Shown here: in pieces, positions 1 to 12,027 of the stretch
Position numbering within the stretch: the first letter of the stretch is position 1
Layout of the letters: every line of letters starts with the position of its first letter
DNA from: Octopus sinensis
Lineage: Eukaryota
Reading direction: 5' to 3'
Assembly: GCF_006345805.1 (NCBI RefSeq)
Contig: NW_021827515.1
Coordinates: forward strand, 1-25,145
DNA: 25,145 bases
The notes under the pieces: generated by a model
Told to the model about the DNA's origin: nothing
Databases searched by the model: none
Seen by the model: only the letters and a program-made list of their open reading frames with translations
Translations under genes and position numbers: made by a program

Positions 1-198
1 AGCACCACCTTGAGGGTTTTGGCCAAACAAATTGGCCCTAGGACTTATTTTGTTGAAGCCTAGGACTTATTCTATCCATCTCTATTGCCGAACCGCTAAG
101 GTACGAGGACGTAAACACAACGAACACCGGTTGTCAAGCAGTAGTGAGACAAATGCAGACGCAAAGACATACAGACACGTATGGTTATATATATATAT

Positions 199-235
<37 letters not shown>

Positions 236-403
236 TATATATATATAAATACGACGGATTTCTTTTAATTTCCATCTACGAAATCCACTCTCAAGGCTTT
301 AGCCGACCCGATGCTACAGTAGAAGACATTTGCCCACGTGGTGGGAATGAACCAGGAACCATGTATTTGGGAAGCAAGCTTCTTACTACACAACCACGCT
401 TGC
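1..403 (-). mobile_element. tRNA-derived SINE, family 1 (head - internal (TA)n - 3' module); 3' end runs off the window
   Basis: Reverse complement gives a pol III-like head (GTGGTTGTGTAG ... GGTTCATTCCC), then (TA)n at ~186-250, then the TGCTTGACAACCG...TTAGCGGTTCGGC...GATAGAATAAGT module. It is colinear with the copies at 20038-20502 and 24128-24355. Confidence 0.85.
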
Positions 404-819
404 AACAAGGGCGATCGGAGGCTTAGGGATGTCTGTTAGGTTAAGGAGAAGAGGCCATTATTGTGGAAACCGAAAAGGCACAAACACACAGACACACACA
501 CGCTTGCAGATGGAGAAAGACAAGGAGAGAGAGGAAACATCTTGGCGATGGGACAAAGACTGGAATGGAATGTAACCGTGAGTGGTTTACGAAAGTCCGT
601 TGGGTGTCCCTTTTCTGGATACACTCTAGGATGTCTGTATGAAGGGTAGGAGCGGCAGCAACGTCCAAAATGTGAGAAGAGGTATACTTCAAGACGCGCC
701 TATTCTTCGACTTAACGAGGAGGCACCGAGAGATCAAATTGGCTTTCACTTGAAAGTGTAATATTAGAATACATTTAGTATTAGAAAATCCAGTAAGAAA
801 AGTGGACACCCATATACAT

Positions 820-1087
<268 letters not shown>

Positions 1088-1090
<3 letters not shown>

Positions 1091-1522
1091 TTAGGGAGGA
1101 TGTTAAAGAGCTGTGGTCCTCTGAAACCCAAGCTGTTGCAGTATCTGGACCTGTATTTTGATGGTGATGTTGGAATCCTTGGCAACCACGCAGCGGCGCC
1201 CCGTTCTGCGGTTGGAGTAACTTTGAATGCCAAAGTTGGGACAAGACCCTCCAGGATTTTCCAGATATATATCACTGCATATCTCTCCCGCCTCCGCTCC
1301 ATGGAGAAGAGGTTTAATACCTTCAGTCTTTCCCAGTAGCTGACATTTTGCATTGAGACGATTTTTCTTCTGTGTAGCTTCTCTGAGTTGCTTCGAGTTC
1401 TGCTGTTTGTTTTATTATATGTGTGGTGACCAAAGTTGGGAGCAGTAGTCCAAGCGGCTGAGGACAAATGTTTTCCATAGGACCATCAGTTGTCCCTTCT
1501 TTTTTTTCTGAAAGTTCGGAGA
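1088..1522 (-). mobile_element. CR1/L2-group LINE fragment, C-terminal part of the ORF2 reverse transcriptase, frameshifted
   Basis: Minus-strand peptides LWKTFVLSRLDYCSQLWSP and YWERLKVLNLFSMERRRERYAVIYIWKILEG...[11 protein letters not shown] match motifs typical of CR1-group ORF2 C-termini. Both ends are truncated by (TA)n. Confidence 0.85.
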
Positions 1523-1553
<31 letters not shown>

Positions 1554-1565
1554 ATATATATATAT

Positions 1566-1610
<45 letters not shown>

Positions 1611-1809
1611 CAATAATACATATACATATATGCGTGTCTGTGTCTGTGTTCTGTGTATGTGTGCATATCGACACACACACACTCGCACACAACACACACT
1701 CATATACGTATGTATGTATGTACGTACGCATGTTTCCACAGTCTGTGTATAGATATATAGATCTATGTTACGGTACGCACGTGTATCTGCTCTGTATGAA
1801 AGTATATAT

Positions 1810-1844
<35 letters not shown>

Positions 1845-2165
1845 CATACATACATACGTACATATATATTATATACACGCATACATATATATAAGTACAT
1901 TCGAACGTACCTGTGTAATATTTATAGGTACATATGTAGGTATGTATATATTTTGTGAGTGTATGTATATGTATATATATATATGTATGTATGTATACAG
2001 GTATGTTTATCAGTACAATATGTGTGCACGTGTATGAATGATGTGTGTATAGGAGAGCATTATCTGGAATGTGTCTGCTATACAGCATGTGTGTATGCGC
2101 GCGTCGTGCGTGCGTGTGTGTATGCGTGTATGTGTGTGTGTGTGTGTGTTGTGGTGTGTGTGTGG
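1522..2165. repeat. Compound (TA)n/(CA)n/(TACA)n/(TG)n microsatellite region
   Basis: Directly visible. Confidence 0.9.
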
Positions 2166-2309
2166 ATATAGAGGGCAGCACTTGTCGGCTGGTTGGCGCT
2201 CTGTCAGTGATAACAATCTTATGTAAAGCCATTTGGATGCGTGTATCTTGCGTTTGTTTCGGCCGCCTACACCATATAAGGCTGTAGTTCTCTCCCTGTT
2301 CAACACAGT

Positions 2310-2572
2310 AACACGCGTAGCATCATCATCATCATCATCAGCAGCAGGCAGATGCAACAGCAGCAGCAACAGCAACAACAACAACATCAGTGGCAGAAAG
2401 TAGTAGCAACAACAACAACAACAACAACACCAAAAACAACAGCTGTAAATTTTGTAACAGTAGTGCGTAACAACAGCAGCAACAACACCATCAAACACTA
2501 CTACTACTACTACTACTAATACTACTACTAATACTGCTGCTGCTGCTGCTAGGGTGAATACAACAACAATGA

Positions 2573-2605
<33 letters not shown>

Positions 2606-3009
2606 GAGTGGTGGTGGTGATGGTAGTAGTAGTGGTGGTGCTGGTAGTAGTAGTAGTTGTGGTGGTGGTAGTAGTAGTAGTAGTGGTGGCGGTGGTGGTG
2701 GTGGTAGTAGTGGTGGTGGTGGTAGTAGTAGAAGTAGTAGTGGTGGTGGTGGTGGTGGTAGTAGTAGTGGTGGTGGTGGTGGTGGTGGTGGTGGTAGTAT
2801 GGTGGTGGTGGTGGTGGTGGTAGTAGTGGTGGTGGTGGTAGTAGTAGAAGTAGTAGTGGTGGTGGTGGTGGTGGTGGTAGTAGTGGTGGTGGTGGTAGTA
2901 GTAGTAGTGGTGGTGGTGGTGGTGGTAGTAGTAGTAGTGGTGGTGGTGGTAGTAGTAGTAGTGGTGGTGGTGGTGGTGGTGGTAGTAGTAGTAGTGGTAG
3001 TAGTAGGTG

Positions 3010-3049
<40 letters not shown>

Positions 3050-3065
3050 TAGTAATGATAATTAT
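2310..3065. repeat. Compound trinucleotide block: (CAT)/(CAG)/(CAA)/(TAC), then ~490 bp of mixed (TAG)/(TGG)
   Basis: Directly visible; it explains the poly-T/V/H/Y ORFs in the track. Confidence 0.95.
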
Positions 3066-3159
3066 AACGACAAGAACACAGAAAACAAAAAAAGAATTAT
3101 TCGTTCCACACACTTGAACCAAAAATCTTTATTATCTCATTCCACCTTTTTACACACTA

Positions 3160-3326
3160 TTTACGCACACACACACACACATACACACACACGCGCACAC
3201 ACATACATGCATGTACGTATATATATGAATGTATGTATGTTTGTATGTATCTATGTATGCAAGAATGTATGTACAGAGGTATGCACATACTCACCTAACA
3301 ACGAAAGTTGGAAGCATACTTATAAG

Positions 3327-3366
<40 letters not shown>

Positions 3367-3370
3367 ATAT

Positions 3371-3405
<35 letters not shown>

Positions 3406-3842
3406 TATATATACATACATACATATAATATATATGTATATATATATACACACAATACATATATACATATACATACAATATATATACATACATACATATG
3501 TATACACAGACACACACACAATATATATAATGTAAATATATGTTATATATATATATATATAAGTATATATATACTCACACACATATATACATATACACAC
3601 ACGCATATATATATTACTTATATGCTTACTCCTATATATGCGTATAGTAAATGGATATATATTTAATATATATATAATATATATATATATATATCTATTA
3701 TATATATATATTATATATATATATATAATATATATTCATATATATATATGTATGTATATATATATAGTATGTATGTGTGTGTGTGTATATATAGGTGTAT
3801 GTGTATATATAGGTGTATGTGTATATATAATATGCATATATA
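3160..3842. repeat. Degenerate (TA)n/(CA)n microsatellite region
   Basis: Directly visible. Confidence 0.9.
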
Positions 3843-4235
3843 ACATATGGGGATATAGTTCACAGGTGATCTAAACGATTAGGTATCCTAGGTAAGTGTT
3901 GTAACGGATTACTAGGGCTTCAAGACGGTAGTTATGGAGCCATTGCAGATTTCCGATGCAGCGGATATATGATCGTTAAAGAGGACAGCAAACGTTAAGC
4001 TAAGGCAAACATCTCTAGTCATATATACTATTATTATTGGAAAAAATTCAAAGCCTTACAGCTGTTTGTGTCACTGAGTGTTTTCCCTATTTTTCCCTAT
4101 TTGTCTCCGATGACGGAATATCCCATACTTGTTGAAATCAGAGAACATGTCCTTTCAAACAGTTAAACATTAACCTATGTCCAGTAAAGCTTTCTACTCT
4201 GTGTCTGAAATCCCTGGCTAATCTGCCTACCTACA

Positions 4236-4260
4236 ACTACAGCTACTGCTGCGGCTGCTG

Positions 4261-4332
<72 letters not shown>

Positions 4333-4357
4333 ATACTACTACTACTAATACTACTAC
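4236..4357. repeat. (CTG)/(CTA)n microsatellite
   Basis: Directly visible. Confidence 0.95.
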
Positions 4358-5032
4358 TTCATAAAGTTACCCGACCTTCCTTAAGAATTAAGGATCGAGG
4401 TCTATCTTTATCCGACCTCTTAGATACGATATCCAACACTAATTTTTTAAAGTATAACAATGGCTTTAAAAAAAACTGATATTCAGAACAACAAAACATA
4501 AAAAAAACTGCAGTTCTACACGAACCACCCCACATAACAGAGCACAAAAACAGCATGCTATGCCTGAAAGGGATATTCTAGAACCTAAGAAGCTAGCAAT
4601 ATCGTTGAATAGAAGACTTATATATTGTCCATTTGCCGCCACCAGACATAATCCTTTCTGAACAAGTACCATCCACCCAATATACACATAGGGCTCTTAT
4701 GATCATCATATTGTATGTTATAAGCGACACAATGTATCTCCCAATAACAATAACAATTTAGATTTAACTGATTTCCTTGGCATCATTGCAACAAAAGCGG
4801 ATTTGCAGAAACGTTACCTTCCAAGCCTGCAACACGAACAATCACCGAAACGAACTCGACCAATGAAAATTCGCTTAACTGATCACATTTTAATACATCT
4901 ATTTCTTACAGTTCAGTTCGTCCATAATTGCGTGAACCATCGTAAATAACATGAAAAATGATTAACTGATTTCAAATAAATATAAACTCTATATCATGTA
5001 TTGAGTACCTTTCCCTTTATTGCAAACCAATG

Positions 5033-5089
<57 letters not shown>
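5033..5089. repeat. (TATC)n microsatellite
   Basis: Directly visible. Confidence 0.95.
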
Positions 5090-5099
5090 GTAAAAGATA

Positions 5100-5430
5100 A
5101 TATATAACAACCTGACCGATTTCCTAACCACCACGTGGTCTATTTCCTGTCCTCCACGTGGTCGATGACCTGTTCATCGTGCGGTATTTTCCAACTAACT
5201 GTTACCCATATACATGAAACCACGACACCACGTGACCTTCCTCGACCAATCGCATTCACCTTATCACTAGCCACTACACGTTCTTTACTTTCTCTTCTTG
5301 TTTCTGTCTGCGGAAGACCGTAGGTTCGAAACGTTAAAGACTTTTTCACTTCCCGAGCGTTATTACTAATGCATCTGTTTGTGGTCTACACCACCTATCT
5401 TCGTCTTTTGTTTTTTTTTGTGAATTCTTC
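5100..5430 (+). mobile_element. Probable Penelope-like element terminal (pLTR) remnant containing a degenerate minimal hammerhead motif
   Basis: CTGCGGA-A-GACC-GTAG-GTTC-GAAAC-GT-T-AAAGA at 5308-5340 follows the CUGANGA-A-stemII-GAAAC-GU-H layout of Penelope-associated minimal hammerheads. It lies between (TATC)n and (TA)n. The family assignment is by recall. Confidence 0.45.
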
Positions 5431-5515
5431 CTATATATATATATATTATATATATATATAATATATATATCGATAGACAGATATAGATATATACATACAT
5501 ATATGCGTGTGTATT

Positions 5516-5548
<33 letters not shown>

Positions 5549-5564
5549 TATATATACTTACATA

Positions 5565-6030
5565 TATTGGGTCATCTCATAAATAGTGCGGTTTTTTGAA
5601 GACTGCGGAATAAATGATAATCAGATGGGGCAATGTCCAGTGAATATGCTGGGTGGGGCATCATTTTCCATTCAAACTGCTGCAGACTTTGGAAAGTCAT
5701 CCTCGCTGTATGTGGCCAAACATTATCCCGATGGAAGAACATCTTTCTTCTTGAAACCAAAGATGGTCGTTTTCCTTCTAGCGTTGACTTAAGCCGCTCA
5801 AGCTGTTCACAGTAGATCTTTTTTGTTATCATTTGGTTTCGGTTTAAAAGTTCAAAGTGCACTAAACCTTTCATATCACATCAAACAGATAACAGCATCT
5901 TGCGTGGGCGAAGACCTTCTTTAGCCTGGGGTACCGGTGTTTCTCCTTTCCATACCCACTGTCTTCGGCGTTTTATAGAGAACCCATTTGTTCGTCACCA
6001 GTCACTATTCAGTCCAAAAAAGGTTAACTG
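5565..6030 (-). mobile_element. Mariner (D,D34D-type) transposon remnant: catalytic-domain fragment plus one terminal inverted repeat
   Basis: Peptides IVTGDE (frameshifted), KGLVHFELL, FFHRDNVWPHTA and HPAYSLDIAPSDYHLFRSLQ. TA followed by the TIR-like TTGGGTCATCTCATAAATAGTGCGGTTTTTT at 5565-5597. Confidence 0.9.
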
Positions 6031-6059
6031 TATGCGTGTTCCTGTACCTGTGTATATTG

Positions 6060-6144
6060 TTGATGTGTGTGCGTCTATATGCATGTCGGTTAGCGTGAGT
6101 GTCTGCGTGTGTGTGTGTGTGTGTGGGGGGGTATTTGTGTGTAG

Positions 6145-6185
<41 letters not shown>

Positions 6186-6474
6186 TATATGTGTTTATGT
6201 GCATGTGTGTGAAACAGATCTACCTAAACAGTGGATAACAAACACGCAAGTATCAGTCTGAATAGCGCTTTTAAGCGAGAAATTCACAACAGAGTCGCCA
6301 TTTCTGAACACCTAAACATTTATAAACATCTAATTGTTGAAGTGGAAAAGTTATCATAAAAACCAGTTCCATTCATTTTTTATATATATAATATACATAC
6401 ATCACACACACATACACACACAAACACACATATATATTATATATATAATACATATACACACACACACACATATA

Positions 6475-6520
<46 letters not shown>

Positions 6521-6535
6521 ATATATATTATAATA

Positions 6536-6619
<84 letters not shown>

Positions 6620-6803
6620 TATACGTATGCGTGTGTTTATGTATTATATATTATGTTTATGTTTATGTATATATATACACACGCACAAACACACACATAT
6701 TCTACTGAGGATCAGTAATATTAAAGTAATAATGGAAACCTTGGCATGAATTTAATTATGTTACCACACACGCACACTCACACACACTCACACACACACC
6801 ACA

Positions 6804-6840
<37 letters not shown>
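6060..6840. repeat. (TG)n, (TA)n and (CA)n microsatellite clusters with short unique interruptions
   Basis: Directly visible. Confidence 0.85.
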
Positions 6841-6842
<2 letters not shown>

Positions 6843-7394
6843 CTTTTCATTATATCCTCTAAGCGTGTCTCGTAAGTAAACCACGCAACAGCTATCTCTC
6901 AATGGCCTTCCTCTTGTGTGTGAATCTGTCACCTCCAGAATGTCATATGACGTTGTCTGTTGCCAAGGTACCCAACTGCCAATCACGTCGCAAGTGGTTC
7001 AGTCCACTAAACTGTTAATGGGGAACATCAGGTGGTATACTTTTTTTTTTATTTCTGCTTCAAAACACCTGCTGCTGCCGAGGCACTCTAAGTCTTAAGA
7101 GCTCACTGTTTCTGAGTTTAGTTAAATCCAGTGGGCGCGAGTGTGGTGGGTTGGTGTGAGATGAGTGTAAAGCAAGTTCTGTCTTCTAGAGTTTTAAGCA
7201 GCGGCAAAGATGGTCGCCGGGTTCCGGGTTTCGGGCTCAGGGCCAAAAAAAAAAAAAGAAAAAAAATACCGTTCCCCCCCACCCACTCTCCCACACACCA
7301 TCAACCGCAACCCACCTGTAAAAACAGACACAGCTGCAGCAACAAAAGACACAAAACCCATTGTGTTAAGGTTGCGAGCACAGCGTGACGTTGA

Positions 7395-7631
7395 CTCTGC
7401 GCGCGCACATGCGTGTGTGTGCGGTTTGTCAGTTTGTACGCATGTATGTGCGCATGTGTGTGCGCGCGCGCGTGTGTGTTCGTGTATGTGCGTGTATGTG
7501 TACATAATATATATATATATATATATTATATATAATATATATATATAATATAATATATAATATATATGCATATATACACACATACATATATGTATACATA
7601 TATAGACACACAACCTCACCCGCATGATGTA

Positions 7632-7692
<61 letters not shown>

Positions 7693-7732
7693 GTACATAT
7701 ACTTACATACCGACATATATATATTCATATGC

Positions 7733-7817
<85 letters not shown>

Positions 7818-7939
7818 AACATGTATGTATATATATGTGCCTATGTATATATATATATATATATGTATGTACATATATGTGTATATATATATATTTATAC
7901 ATACACACAGACACAGACACACATACACATATGTGTGCA

Positions 7940-7977
<38 letters not shown>

Positions 7978-8045
7978 GTATATGTACTATAAGTAATTAT
8001 AAATTTGTGTTCAGAACAAAACAAAGAGAAGCATATATATTTTTT
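7395..8045. repeat. Compound (CG)/(TG)/(TA)/(TC)/(CA) microsatellite region
   Basis: Directly visible. Confidence 0.9.
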
Positions 8046-8199
8046 GTACATTAATATATATTTTGATTTTGTTCAGGTCGACTATTCCATTATAGTAAAT
8101 TAACATACTACACGCAGGGTGCCAAGCTAAGTAGAAATAAATATGTGGCGGAGAAGAACATGTAGGTTGAGTTAGTGTTAATGTATTTCATGCCGGGCG

Positions 8200-9803
8200 G
8201 ATTAGAAAGTTAACTAGAAATAATTGTGTGGTGAGGAAAAAAAAAACAAATATTTGTTAATGACTTATGCTGGTTTCAATATTTCGGCACTTGCATGCTG
8301 ACGGAGACATTCAAGAGCTTAATACAACCAGTGATATAGCTGAACAGAAGGTCTGCGCTATTTGCTATTTGCCGTCACCAGAAATAATTTCTTTATCCGT
8401 CGAGCATTAGGAAGATAGCTAGAAATAATTACATGGCGAGAAAAAGCATATATCTAATTGTGTGGCGAGGAAAAAAAAAACAAATATTTGTTAATGACTA
8501 ATGCTGGTTTCATTATTTCGGCACTTGCATGCTGACTGAGACATTCAAGAGCTTAATACAACCAGTGATATAGCTGAACAGAAGGTCTGCGCTATTTGCT
8601 ATTTGCCGTCACCAGAAATAATTTCTTTATCCGTCGAGCATTAGGAAGATAGCTAGAAATAATTACATGGCGAGAAAAAGCATATATCTAATTGTGTGGC
8701 GAGGAAAAAAAAAAATATTTGTTAATGACTAATGCTGGTTTCATTATTTCGGCACTTGCATGCTGACGGAGACATTCAAGAGCTTAATACAACCAGTGAT
8801 ATAGCTGAACAGAAGGTCTGCGCTATTTGCTATTTGCCGTCACCAGAAATAATTTCTTTATCCGTCGAGCATTAGGAAGATAGCTAGAAATAATTACATG
8901 GCGAGAAAAAGCAATATCTCTATGTTGTGGCGAGGAAAAAAAAAAATATTTGTTAATGACTAATGCTGGTTTCATTATTTCGGCCTTTGCATGCTGACGG
9001 AGACATTCAAGAGCTTAATACAACCAGTGATATAGCTGAACAGAAGGTCTGCGCTATTTGCTATTTGCCGTCACCAGAAATAATTTCTTTATCCGTCGAG
9101 CATTAGGAAGATAGCTAGAAATAATTACATGGCGAGAAAAAATATATCTAATTGTGTGGCGAGGAAAAAAAAAAATATTTGTTATGACTAATGCTGGTTT
9201 CATTATTTCGGCACTTGCATGCTGACGGAGACATTCAAGAGCTTAATACAACCAGTGATATAGCTGAACAGAAGGTCTGCGCTATTTGCTGTCACCAGAA
9301 ATAATTTCTTTATCCGTCGAGCATTAGGAAGATAGCTAGAAATAATTACATGGCGAGAAAAAGCATATATCTAATTGTGTGGCGAATATTTGTTAATGAC
9401 TAATGCTGGTTTCATTATTTCGGCACTTGCATGCTGACGGAGACATTCAAGAGCTTAATACAACCAGTGATATAGCTGAACAGAAGGTCTGCGCTATTTG
9501 CTATTTGCCGTCACCAGAAATAATTTCTTTATCCATCGAGCATTAGGAAGATAGCTAGAAATAATTACATGGCGAGAAAAAATAAATATTTGTTGGTGAC
9601 TTATGCTGTTTTTAATTATTTCGGTAATCGCACGCTGCCGGAGACATTGCAGATCCTAATACAACACGCGATATCGCTGAACAGAATGTCCGCGTTTTTG
9701 GCCGTATGATGTCACCAGAAATAATTCTTTTATGCAAGGAGCATTAGAATAGAAAGACAACCAGAGATAATTATGTGATGAGAAAGAAAAAAATATTTGT
9801 TAA
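8200..9803. repeat. Tandem array of a ~223-234-bp unit: 6 near-identical copies plus diverged flanking copies
   Basis: The TAATTGTGTGG-like anchor recurs at 8221, 8455, 8689, ~8921, 9149 and 9372. A clearly diverged full copy follows at ~9585-9790. Confidence 0.95.
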
Positions 9804-10077
9804 TAACTTGAAATTGTTTTAATAATCCTCTGTCAGTAGATTCACACACACACACGTGTGTACGCATGTTTGCGTGCGTGTATACGTGTGTGCGTACATG
9901 TGTATGTTTGTGATCAATATTCATGCTTATATTTATGCTTAATGGCGTAAACCGTTCTCAGGTTGATTCTCTTATTTCGAATCCGTAAAGTAGTAGCGCG
10001 ATAAACAGAGATCGATAAAATAAATACCTTACACCCCACTCCGTACCAAACTGAATATTGAAGCGTGTCTTTCACTG

Positions 10078-10079
10078 TT

Positions 10080-10117
<38 letters not shown>

Positions 10118-10798
10118 TATTATATGAAAACTCACAGATTATTTTACTGGGTATGATGGAAAGTGTTAGCTGTCCACAGTCAGCAGACTAAGGTGACATT
10201 TGTTTCCTGGTCATGCTTCAAGAACCCTGCGAAGAATTCTTGCTGTTCCAAGCAATGCTGATTTTTGTAGGTGTTCTACCTTCACACTTGCACCAATCGT
10301 TTTCAGCCATGTTGGTAGTTGAGAGCTGATACTCCCAAGTGCGCCAATTACTATTGGAATCACGCCTTCTCTCTTCATTCACCACAACCTTCGTATTTCC
10401 CACTTCAAATCGTCATAGTTGTTTACTTTTCCTTCTTCATCCACATTGATCTTGTTGTCACTGGGGCATAGTATGTCGATCACCATACATGTTCTTTCTT
10501 TTTTTTTTTTATTCACAACAACAATGCCCGGTTTCTGATGTCTGGTCAGGTGATCGCACCGGATCATTGCATCCCACAGGATTTTGCAGTTCTCATTTTC
10601 GTTGACCCCTGGAGTTTTCTCATACCACGTCTTTGCTCTGTGTAGGCCGTGATTTTCACAGAGCTCCCAATGGAGTATTCTTGCCACATTGTCATGGCGT
10701 CTTTTGTATACGCGTTGTGCCAATTTCGGGCATCCGCTAACGATGTGCCACACCGTTTCACCCCTCTCACCACACATTCTGCGTTTGTTGCTATCAGT

Positions 10799-10830
<32 letters not shown>
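10078..10830 (-). mobile_element. 5'-truncated R4/Dong-type non-LTR retrotransposon (CCHC finger plus restriction-like endonuclease, 3' UTR, triplet tail) inside a (CAT)n tract
   Basis: CGERGETVWHIVSGCPKLAQRVYKRRHD, KILWD...KPGIVVV...IDILCPSD, and the C-terminus IVIGALG...LQKSALLGTARILRRVLEA* (stop at 10211-10213). About 90 nt of UTR follow, then (TAA)(TGA)n; (CAT)n lies on both sides. Confidence 0.9.
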
Positions 10831-11724
10831 ACTCCTTGATTCTAATAAACCCTTTTATTTTAATCTCTTTCTTCTTCTTTCTGTTGTGATGATAGATATT
10901 TGAATTCCAAACACCCGGCCAAATTTGGCTGTTGTAGACAGGGAAGGGATTTTTATCAAGCTGATGACGCCTATTGGGGCAGAATCGTATACGCGACTTT
11001 CCTCTTATTTCCGGGCAATAAGCATGCCCCTTTCCTTAATAGCATTTCAACTTTGGAGAATCCTTGGATCTTGAGATTATCGCTCCTTCTCAAGCAGAGC
11101 TAACCTCTACAAACCATACATGAGACAGACTATGACATTGTTGCTATAGAGTCCAATCGTAATCCAAAGCATGCATTGCTTAATCTTCCCCAAGATTTTG
11201 CATATTACCCCACCAGCTTTGGAAAGCCTTCGCTGGATGCCCTTTTTTGTCATCAACATTGGTGTATTCTAGTCTAGACTAGTATAATATCTACTTACTA
11301 TGTGCGCCAAACCACGCGTGTGTATGTGCTTGTATGTGCGTGTGAGCTTGTACGAGCGAGTGTACGTGCGCCGAACCACGTACGTGGGGGGCGGTTGTAC
11401 ATCCATATCTACTAATGGTTATATCCAATCCATTTTTCGCTGTATTATGTATGTAATCCTTTTTGTATCTGATATTTGTTGTAGATCGTCTCTAAGAATG
11501 TAGCTGTATACCTTAATTTGCCATTTCTATATCCGAAGACCAAGAAGAAATCTTGCGACGCAGAGTTTATTGTAACGAGATATCTCTTGAAATCACCCGA
11601 GGAGACACATCTACACCGAGGGCTACACCTAAACCTGCGAGGGATCGTTGTTAGATGGGTCAAAACAACTGTAGTGATCAATAAAGATTCTAGTATCTTC
11701 CACATTCCGTCTTTCTCATTAAAC

Positions 11725-12027
<303 letters not shown>

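Noticed and set aside
630-764. Open frame DVCMKGRSGSNVQNVRRGILQDAPILRLNEEAPRDQIGFHLKV* after a TAG acceptor-like site
   Set aside because: Short, no recognisable family and no partner exon; within chance expectation.
4104-4140. CCGATGACGGAATATCC... hammerhead-like start
   Set aside because: No properly placed GAAAC...UH or stem I; at best a heavily decayed remnant.
7200-7245. GC-rich patch with YY1-like AAGATGGTCGC and a possible ATG
   Set aside because: Single imperfect motif; the downstream frame runs into poly-A and microsatellite.
8200-9803. Tandem array as a CRISPR array, snoRNA cluster or ribozyme array
   Set aside because: No unique spacers and a eukaryotic context; no RTGATGA/CTGA box pair; no CUGANGA...GAAA core on either strand.
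10958-11000. CTGATGA-CGCC..GGC-AGAAT hammerhead-like string
   Set aside because: Lacks GAAA and the UH cleavage triplet.
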